DNA from: Candidatus Kerfeldbacteria bacterium
Lineage (GTDB): Bacteria > Patescibacteriota > Patescibacteriia > UBA9570 > XYC2-FULL-38-9
Direction of reading: 5' to 3'
Assembly (NCBI GenBank): GCA_016182555.1
Contig: JACPGJ010000004.1
Span: 14,751-78,750, forward strand
DNA: 64,000 bases
Part shown: positions 57,432 to 64,000 of the stretch, one piece after another
How positions within the stretch are numbered: position 1 is the stretch's first letter
Layout of the letters: each line of letters starts with the position of its first letter
The notes under the pieces: model-generated
What the model was told of the DNA's origin: nothing
What the model saw: only the letters and a program-made list of their open reading frames with translations
Database searches by the model: none
Made by a program: the position numbers and the translations under genes

Positions 57432-58108
57432 ATCGCGGTTTTATGGTGAATCAATTTACCATCTTTCATCCAAAGCGTTTTGTGCAAATACCGTTCATCA
57501 TCTGGTTCATGCGTCACTAATATAATGGTTTGTTTCAATTCTTTGTTTAATTTTTGAAATGTTTCCATCACAATTTTGCTCGATGTTGAATCTAAGCTGG
57601 CCGTGGGTTCATCTGCAAATAATACCTTTGGGGTGTTAATCAAGGAACGCGCAATGGCCACGCGTTGCTGCTGACCGCCAGACAATTGCTTTGGTCGGTG
57701 ATGGATGCGATCACCTAAATCGACAATTTCCAATAATTCTGTAGCGCGACGTTCGTAATCTTCCCGTTTTTCTCCTTTCATCATTCCTGGCAACATGACA
57801 TTTTCCAGCGCGGTCAATTCCGGAATGAGTGCAAACTCTTGAAAAATATACCCAAGGTAGGTTAACCGAAAATGTGAACGCTCTCGTAATGACAACTCAT
57901 GGGTGGGTTTATCGTCATAAAAAATTTCCCCTTTTGTTGGTTCATCAATCAGACCTAACTGGCGAAGCAAGGTCGATTTTCCTGAACCACTTTTTCCCAT
58001 AATCCCAACAAATTCACCGTCTGCAATTTCAAAACTCACACCGCGCAAGGCATGAACCTGCACTTCGCCCATCACAAATGTTTTATAAAGATTTTCAACG
58101 CGGATCAT
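57428..58108 (-). CDS. ABC transporter ATP-binding protein (MacB/LolD-like)
   Basis: Walker A (GKSGSGKST), signature motif (LSGGQQQRVAIARS) and Walker B (LFADEPT). Confidence 0.9.
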   Translation of the reverse strand: MIRVENLYKTFVMGEVQVHALRGVSFEIADGEFVGIMGKSGSGKSTLLRQLGLIDEPTKGEIFYDDKPTHELSLRERSHFRLTYLGYIFQEFALIPELTALENVMLPGMMKGEKREDYERRATELLEIVDLGDRIHHRPKQLSGGQQQRVAIARSLINTPKVLFADEPTASLDSTSSKIVMETFQKLNKELKQTIILVTHEPDDERYLHKTLWMKDGKLIHHKTAI

Positions 58109-58119
58109 AGACCAGTAAT

Positions 58120-58794
58120 TTACTCAGCAACGATCACATCACCTTCTTTTAGACCATCCGTAATTTCGGTATAGTCATCGCCTTCAAACCCAATCTGTAC
58201 CTCGACCGATTCTATTGTTTGGTCTGTTTTATCAATCCCAAGACGTTTCAAATGCACTCGGCGTTCTTCCACCACGCGGTTCACATAATACTGTTCATCT
58301 TGTGTATATAAGCTGGCATTCGGTACGGCTAGAACGTCATCAGCGGTGGAATCGAGCACAATATGCACATCCGCATGCATTCCGTTACGCACATGTTCAG
58401 GAATTTCATCAACATCTACAATCACTTCATATTCCGTGACATCACCAGAAATGGTGGGGTCATCAGCAATAGTATAAATAGTTCCCTGCTCTTCTGCATC
58501 AATCGCATCAATACTTAAGTCTACTTCTTGATCGGTGGATAGGCTATCAACATCATCTTCATCAACAAAAAATTGAACCACTTGCTGATCTGCATCATCA
58601 ATAGTTCGTTTGGTAATAACGCCTGTGTCGTCGAGTGTTCGTTCAATAGAGCGCTGGGTCACGGTTGCGGTGGTATAGGCAGTAGCTTGCGATTTGGGTT
58701 TCCAGGTAATGAGGACAATGAGTACCGCAATGACGAGTATGAAAAATATTGCATAGAGTATTTTTCGAAGCCAAGAAGAGACATGTTTACGCAT
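58120..58794 (-). CDS. Efflux transporter periplasmic adaptor subunit (HlyD/MacA-like)
   Basis: N-terminal TM helix, then beta-barrel/lipoyl-like segments. The ORF is open to 59046, but that would overlap the divergent sigma factor gene. The start was taken at the MRKHVSS Met. Confidence 0.6.
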   Translation of the reverse strand: MRKHVSSWLRKILYAIFFILVIAVLIVLITWKPKSQATAYTTATVTQRSIERTLDDTGVITKRTIDDADQQVVQFFVDEDDVDSLSTDQEVDLSIDAIDAEEQGTIYTIADDPTISGDVTEYEVIVDVDEIPEHVRNGMHADVHIVLDSTADDVLAVPNASLYTQDEQYYVNRVVEERRVHLKRLGIDKTDQTIESVEVQIGFEGDDYTEITDGLKEGDVIVAE

Positions 58795-58899
58795 AGAAAA
58801 AAATTCATTGCTTAAATTCTTATTTATACAGTATAATATTTGTACTAATTCGTCTAGTACAGCAGGTACTGTAACCTGTCTACAACTATTGATTAATGT

Positions 58900-59481
58900 A
58901 TGGACAAAAGTGCTAAAGTGCTTGCTCAGGCCCGCAAAGGGGTACCAGCAGCTCTGACGGAACTCTATGAAACCAACATACGGGAGGTCTATCGTTTTAT
59001 TTACTATAAAGTTGGGAATAAAGAAGACGCCGAAGACCTTGCCCAAGATGTGTTTATTGCGGCTTTTGCGGGGTTAAAAAAATTCCGTGGCGAAGCAAGC
59101 TTTCGCAACTGGTGCTACGAAATTGCTAAACGCAAAATTGCCGATTTGTGGAGAGAAAAATATGGCATGCCAACCGTAGATATTGAAGCGGTGCTCGGCA
59201 TTCATACCACAATCGAAACGGCAGAAATGCAAGCAGAAGCAGCGGAGCAGGACACCGTAAAAATGACCGCCGTGGAACAGGTGCTTGGACAGCTCAAAGA
59301 CAATTATCGCGAGATATTAGAATATCGTTTTCTGAAAAATTATTCTATCAAAGAAACAGCTGACGCGATGGGTATTAGTGTCAGTAATGCGAAGGTATTA
59401 CAACATCGCGCGCTGAAAAAAGCGGCAACTCTGGAATCCTCCCCCCTGCTCATCACTCCAACTACTTCATCACCATTATGA
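58900..59481 (+). CDS. ECF-type sigma-70 family RNA polymerase sigma factor
   Basis: Region 2 (EDLAQDVFIAAF...FRNWCYEIAKRK) and region 4 (YSIKETADAMGISVSNAKVLQHRALKK). Confidence 0.85.
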   Translation: MDKSAKVLAQARKGVPAALTELYETNIREVYRFIYYKVGNKEDAEDLAQDVFIAAFAGLKKFRGEASFRNWCYEIAKRKIADLWREKYGMPTVDIEAVLGIHTTIETAEMQAEAAEQDTVKMTAVEQVLGQLKDNYREILEYRFLKNYSIKETADAMGISVSNAKVLQHRALKKAATLESSPLLITPTTSSPL

Positions 59482-60215
59482 AATCAGAAAAAATATCATT
59501 GGCACAAGACACCGCACACGCAGAACAGTTGAACAATGCACTCGACGATCTTCGTGCTGGCCGTTCACCAGAATATTTTTCTGCCGAGCCAGCATTTCAA
59601 ACCGCGTTGCGTTTACATATTTCTAGTTCACCAACATCTGCAGAAATCGATGATGCGTATGAGGAACAATTACAGCACCGATTATTGCGTCAATTCACCG
59701 AGGAAGAACCCTCTCGCGGCTTGCGGTGGTGGATGCCACGTATCGCCCCCGTAATTGGATTGGCTCTCGTATTGGTTATTGCATTAAATGTGAATACTGC
59801 TGTTGATGACCAACCAAACCAATTGGCAATACAAACAAACAATACCAATACATCCACATCCAACAACAATGCTGAAGGCGAAACCGTACAAGGGCTACAG
59901 CCAAATATGGCCAACAACAATGTTGAAACAACGTCCGATAACACAAATATAGATGATGGTGTGACCACAAACAATGACGATGGTGGAAATGAAAACGTGA
60001 ATATCAATACCACAAACGACAATGCTCATGTGTTAGACGCCGACATTGCGAGCGCAGACCTGACTGCGGATGATATAACTGCCGCTTCCACTACGCTCAC
60101 CACAACACTCACCGGTGCGGAAACTGACGTGGATGACAGTGTGGCTTATTCAGATATTTCAACTATCGGGACTACAGATATCGATTTGATGATGACTTCT
60201 CTTTCATCGTTATGA
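59478..60215 (+). CDS. Putative anti-sigma factor: a single-pass membrane protein with an Asn/Thr/Asp-rich extracytoplasmic low-complexity region
   Basis: ATGA overlap with the sigma factor gene. One TM helix (IAPVIGLALVLVIAL). Confidence 0.45.
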   Translation: MKSEKISLAQDTAHAEQLNNALDDLRAGRSPEYFSAEPAFQTALRLHISSSPTSAEIDDAYEEQLQHRLLRQFTEEEPSRGLRWWMPRIAPVIGLALVLVIALNVNTAVDDQPNQLAIQTNNTNTSTSNNNAEGETVQGLQPNMANNNVETTSDNTNIDDGVTTNNDDGGNENVNINTTNDNAHVLDADIASADLTADDITAASTTLTTTLTGAETDVDDSVAYSDISTIGTTDIDLMMTSLSSL

Positions 60216-60916
60216 AACGCCTATTCACCGTTATCATCAGCATGAATATTCTACTGGTAATGACATTCCCACACGTACTTTTTGCTGCACCGCAAACCCC
60301 GGGACAGATACCACCAGTACAGATCACTAATGATACCACTGCCCCAGATAATGAAGTGATGGTGCAACAACTTCGATCACGCGTGGACCAAGCTATCGTT
60401 ATGATGCTTGCTAAACTCACCCAACGCGAGAATACGATTCACCAACATGCGAAATTACGACCAACATTACAACAGGAACTATTGTCCGACACTGCTGAGA
60501 CACGGTCATTCCTTGTTGCTCAACAACAAGCATTACATAACACCTCAACGCTAGAAGGTGTTCGCGGCATTGCGCAAAAAATCCGTGAATTCATGCAACA
60601 ACAAAAAGATCAATTAGTGCAACGCCAAACAGAACTCAATGAAAAAAATATTGCCATTATTAACCGTGTTCAGGAGGCGGCCACGGCTCTGTTTCGGATA
60701 CTCAACCGCGCTGTCGCCCAATTAGAACGGAGTGGTCAAGATACCACTGAACTGAAAACGCTCATGACTCAACTGCAAACAGATATTGATGCGCTATCAA
60801 AAGAAGATGTTCATAATGACCCAGTAAAATTACAATCGACACTACGAACTATTCATAGCGAACTTTCTACAGTCATTCAAAAAATAAATACGGCGCTGAC
60901 AGCTGAAGATGAATAG
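60212..60916 (+). CDS. Secreted coiled-coil protein co-transcribed with the ECF sigma/anti-sigma pair
   Basis: Signal peptide. The remainder is Q/L-rich coiled coil. 4-nt overlap with the upstream gene. Confidence 0.45.
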   Translation: MKRLFTVIISMNILLVMTFPHVLFAAPQTPGQIPPVQITNDTTAPDNEVMVQQLRSRVDQAIVMMLAKLTQRENTIHQHAKLRPTLQQELLSDTAETRSFLVAQQQALHNTSTLEGVRGIAQKIREFMQQQKDQLVQRQTELNEKNIAIINRVQEAATALFRILNRAVAQLERSGQDTTELKTLMTQLQTDIDALSKEDVHNDPVKLQSTLRTIHSELSTVIQKINTALTAEDE

Positions 60917-60970
60917 GTGATACGATAACACGGGTTGTCGCTCTGCTCGAACCTCTTGTATAATAGCCGT

Positions 60971-61930
60971 ATGATAAAAAAACTCCTGTGTGGTATCGTT
61001 GCATTCTTGTTATTAATGCCGACCACTGCCTCTGCGCATGTCAAATGGTTTGTGGATGAAGATACCGTTATACCCAATCCGATAGAACATTTTTCTCTGA
61101 CCAATTCTGCCGTTATTATTTGGATTGTTATTCTATTTTGCATCATATTAGTGGCGTGGTGGTTAGACGGACGCCTTGCCGGGTTACCAGATGCGTGGGT
61201 AAAAAAAAGCACACAACGCCGAAAACAATTGTTATGGATAGTTCAATTATGCGTTGGCGTATGGTTACTCAATACTACCTGGCATGGAGCAGTGATTGCT
61301 CCACCATTACACGGCCATAGTGGTGATCTATTCAGCCAAATCTTATTGGGCACACAATTGGCGGCTGGCATACTGCTGATTATCAATCTCCTGGTTCCGC
61401 TGAGCGGCGCATTGTTGCTCTTATTATTTACTGGGGCCTGTATAACATTCGGTTTTTTGGAAATGTTGGAGCATGTGTTTGTGGTGGGTCTGGGGTTGTT
61501 TCTCATCATACAAAAAAGTAAACGCCGAACCGCCATAGGAAAAAAATTAATGTGGGCTACACCGTTATTGCGTGTGACGACCGGAATTTCACTCATAACC
61601 CTTGCCTTGGATGAAAAATTACTTCATCCAGAATTGGGGTTGACCTTTCTCCAAACGCATCAATGGAATTTCATGCAAATACTTGGTATGGCTGGTTTTA
61701 GCAACCAACTATTTATTCTGTCCGCCGGGTTCATGGAATTAACATTTGGCCTCCTCTTCGTTCTCGGATTAGTCACTCGTTTGAATACATTCGCAATGAG
61801 CATATTCTTTATCGGTTCGGCAATCATGTTGGGGCCCCGGGAAGTGATTGGCCACCTACCGATATTTGCCATAGCGATGGTCTTGCTTATCTATGGGTCC
61901 GGTACACGGTTGAAACTCAAACGCCAATAA
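60971..61930 (+). CDS. Polytopic membrane protein of unknown function
   Basis: About 8 TM helices. A TATAAT at 60959-60964 lies 6 nt before the ATG at 60971, suggesting a leaderless start. The ORF is open from 60935. Confidence 0.5.
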   Translation: MIKKLLCGIVAFLLLMPTTASAHVKWFVDEDTVIPNPIEHFSLTNSAVIIWIVILFCIILVAWWLDGRLAGLPDAWVKKSTQRRKQLLWIVQLCVGVWLLNTTWHGAVIAPPLHGHSGDLFSQILLGTQLAAGILLIINLLVPLSGALLLLLFTGACITFGFLEMLEHVFVVGLGLFLIIQKSKRRTAIGKKLMWATPLLRVTTGISLITLALDEKLLHPELGLTFLQTHQWNFMQILGMAGFSNQLFILSAGFMELTFGLLFVLGLVTRLNTFAMSIFFIGSAIMLGPREVIGHLPIFAIAMVLLIYGSGTRLKLKRQ

Positions 61931-62076
61931 ATTGATATGTTTGGGCAAACCATTTATGCGATTGACAAGTATCAGCACTCACCCTGACTACCCGTAACCC
62001 AGCGGCGACTACATTTTTTTATAGTCATACGGGTCATGCTATACTGATTATATACTTACCGTATCACACTTACGCT

Positions 62077-62343
62077 ATGAAAAAAAACACATTTGCCGAG
62101 AAAGTCTATGCTGTGGTCAAAGCCATTCCAAAAGGAAAATATATGACCTACCAAGAAGTTGCACGACGCGCGGGAAGTCCGCGTGCCTACCGCGCTGTTG
62201 GAAATATTTTGAGTAAAAATTGGGATCCGGCGATTCCCTGTCACCGGGTTGTACGATCAGATGGGACGCCTGGGGGATATAACCGCGGCGCATCTCGCAA
62301 AGTGACATTATTACAATCTGAACAAGCTATTCGCTCTCGTTAA
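62077..62343 (+). CDS. ogt: Methylated-DNA-[protein]-cysteine S-methyltransferase, DNA-binding/active-site domain only
   Basis: 88 aa. The PCHRVV active-site motif retains its Cys. Confidence 0.75.
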   Translation: MKKNTFAEKVYAVVKAIPKGKYMTYQEVARRAGSPRAYRAVGNILSKNWDPAIPCHRVVRSDGTPGGYNRGASRKVTLLQSEQAIRSR

Positions 62344-62347
62344 CGCT

Positions 62348-62842
62348 ATGGCCACACCATCAACGCACCCATTTAATTGTAGTCGCTGTGCAAACCACAA
62401 TGTTTCAGAATTTGCTATTTATGAACCCACAGATAATTGGCTCATTGTCTATCCAAAAATTCGTCTCATTCATGCGCACTTGGGTATTGCCACCTGGGAC
62501 GATCGTTCCAGTACAGAAGAAGCTGCATGGATACAAGCAACATTAGAAAAAATATATACACAACATTCACCGACGACATTTCTTATTTTTGTTGATTTAA
62601 CGCGTAGTGATGACAGTGAGTTTCCTTCTCGCAAAGCGTTAAAAATCTACGCTGAAATTTTTAAACATACGCAAACTGCCTCGATGGTGCTCTATGGCGT
62701 ATCGACTGCTATGCAAGGCATTATCCAAATCGTTTTACATCTCTCTGGGGCACATAAAAAAGTACAAGTCGTAAAAAATATTCACCAAGCTGATACCTGT
62801 TTTCGTGAATGGAGTAAAAAAAATAAAACACGAGCTGTATAG
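62348..62842 (+). CDS. Hypothetical protein
   Basis: 164-aa ORF. It ends within the terminator stem. Confidence 0.45.
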   Translation: MATPSTHPFNCSRCANHNVSEFAIYEPTDNWLIVYPKIRLIHAHLGIATWDDRSSTEEAAWIQATLEKIYTQHSPTTFLIFVDLTRSDDSEFPSRKALKIYAEIFKHTQTASMVLYGVSTAMQGIIQIVLHLSGAHKKVQVVKNIHQADTCFREWSKKNKTRAV

Positions 62843-62856
62843 GCTCGTGTTTTTTA
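62828..62856 (+). terminator. Rho-independent terminator (ACACGAGC-tgtatag-GCTCGTGT + TTTTTT)
   Basis: Seen directly. It overlaps the stop codon of the upstream gene. Confidence 0.65.
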
Positions 62857-62880
62857 TTGTAGAACAGAAAACGGAAAAAT

Positions 62881-63375
62881 TTATTCTTCAACAACCAAGC
62901 TGCCGGTCATTTCTGTGTGCCCCGCGCCACAAACAACATTACAAGCAAAGGAGAACGTTCCTGCTTTGTCAGCAACAAACTCAACAGTCACTGTTTTTCC
63001 TGGCGTAAGTGTTTCGCTGATATTAAAATCGGGGAGAGAAAATCCATGGGTAGTATCGTTGCTCTTCAAATTCAACGTCACGGTATCACCTTTTTTCACG
63101 GTGATGGTGGAAGGGCTGAATGTAAATTGGCTGGCTTCAATCGTAAATGTTTTCTGTGTACTAGCCGTATCGCCGGTGGTGACATTCGCATTTTCAGCCA
63201 ACCGTGAATCATCACTGCTGTTTGCATTACTGGTATTGGTGCTATTTACATTTGTTGTGTTTGTACTGTTCGTGCTGTTGGTATTGCTTGCCGTATTCCC
63301 ACAACCAGCGCCAACGAATAAGATCGTGGCAACAAACAAGGTAGCGAGGGAGAGTCTTTGTGATGTGCTCTTCAT
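62881..63375 (-). CDS. Cupredoxin-fold lipoprotein with a CuA-type (COX2-like) copper-binding motif
   Basis: Signal peptide with lipobox (GAGC). Asn/Ser/Thr-rich linker. HGF...CNVVCGAGHTEM matches H...C-x3-C-x3-H-x2-M of CuA centres. Confidence 0.6.
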   Translation of the reverse strand: MKSTSQRLSLATLFVATILFVGAGCGNTASNTNSTNSTNTTNVNSTNTSNANSSDDSRLAENANVTTGDTASTQKTFTIEASQFTFSPSTITVKKGDTVTLNLKSNDTTHGFSLPDFNISETLTPGKTVTVEFVADKAGTFSFACNVVCGAGHTEMTGSLVVEE

Positions 63376-63427
63376 AATGCGTATCTACTAATAATTATTA
63401 TAGCTCGTAGTATATCACAGCGTTGAA

Positions 63428-64000
63428 CTACTGAAAACCTGCGTATTCTGAACAACCTTTCGCGACTACATTGGCTGCCACATCATATCCAAATTCTTGC
63501 GTCCATTCGTTGATACGTGCTTGTAAAATCTGATTGCCAATTTCGGGGTTCGTTGCACCAGCAATTTCGGCTGCAAACTTCGCATTCCGTTTTTGTTCAT
63601 CTTCTGATGCACCACCAAAATCATAGCCATAAAAATCAACAGTGGTCACCAATGATTTGTTTACCAGTTCCGCGGCGGTGTTCGGCAAATCTTTATTTTT
63701 GTTAAATGCCACATTCGCAAATGCCACCAACTTGTCTTCTCGGTTGATATCACCAAACACAGTAATCTTATCCGGCGTTATTTTTGCTTGCGTCAACAAT
63801 TCTTGGCTATTATCAATATTCTGCCAAGAAACAATCGCGCACTCTTCTTTGTAAATACGCACACCGCGGTCGAGCAGTTGTTTCGTGTCCACAATGCTGT
63901 TGAAGTAGGCATTCATTGATTCTGCTTCTGAAGTATCTTTCAAGCTGGAATAGCTACCGGTAAACACCACTGCATCTACGCCATTCTGTTCATCGGTGAC
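63428..64000 (-). CDS. Hypothetical protein, 5'-truncated by the window edge
   Basis: The frame remains open through 64000. The apparent start at 63970 is a GTG. Confidence 0.4.
   Translation of the reverse strand, partial: VTDEQNGVDAVVFTGSYSSLKDTSEAESMNAYFNSIVDTKQLLDRGVRIYKEECAIVSWQNIDNSQELLTQAKITPDKITVFGDINREDKLVAFANVAFNKNKDLPNTAAELVNKSLVTTVDFYGYDFGGASEDEQKRNAKFAAEIAGATNPEIGNQILQARINEWTQEFGYDVAANVVAKGCSEYAGFQ

Noticed and set aside
59536-60022. Short ORFs on both strands inside the anti-sigma candidate gene
   Set aside because: They are shadow ORFs in a low-complexity (AAC/ACA-rich) coding region.

Overview
This 64-kb window reads as a chromosomal segment from an AT-moderate, compact bacterial genome. 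Gene density is high, starts and stops often overlap, many starts are leaderless or have weak Shine-Dalgarno sites, and there is an array of TrbC/VirB2-like pilin paralogs. This profile suggests a CPR/Patescibacteria-type or similarly reduced organism; that assignment is an inference. Core genes are clearly recognisable. They include rpoB and rpoC, IMP dehydrogenase with an adenosine/AMP deaminase-family gene, a Mur ligase, MgtC, lexA, yebC-ruvC...ruvA, xseA/xseB, galU, rlmH, a MacB-type ABC exporter with adaptor, an ECF sigma operon and ogt. Several accessory modules sit between the core genes. (1) An AT-rich island holds a DUF234 ATPase and an HExxH-motif protein. (2) A lexA locus carries repeated TTCGG-N6-TTCGG operator-like motifs and a truncated Y-family polymerase (dinB-like) remnant. 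(3) A defence-type island carries the AbiEi/AbiEii toxin-antitoxin pair, a Cas4-like PD-(D/E)XK nuclease with a Cys cluster and a PolB-exo-like DEDD exonuclease. (4) One long minus-strand cell-envelope operon runs FemAB, NTP-transferase, YvcK, HAD, xseAB, a hypothetical, then four ATP-grasp ligases (three tandem paralogs) and an LCP transferase. (5) A RimK-like ATP-grasp fused to a retropepsin-like protease, plus a PKD-7TM membrane protein, is inserted between ruvC and ruvA. (6) Seven divergent T4SS-type pilin paralogs carry variable C-terminal tails. (7) A roughly 300-nt GC-rich, highly structured element ends in a strong intrinsic terminator and contains a short ORF with a consensus SD. (8) A CuA-type cupredoxin lipoprotein is present. 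No rRNA, tRNA or CRISPR array was found. The most likely candidates for an undescribed system are the tandem ATP-grasp/LCP array, the 7TM/ATP-grasp-protease module inside the ruv operon, and the AbiE/Cas4-like/exonuclease island.
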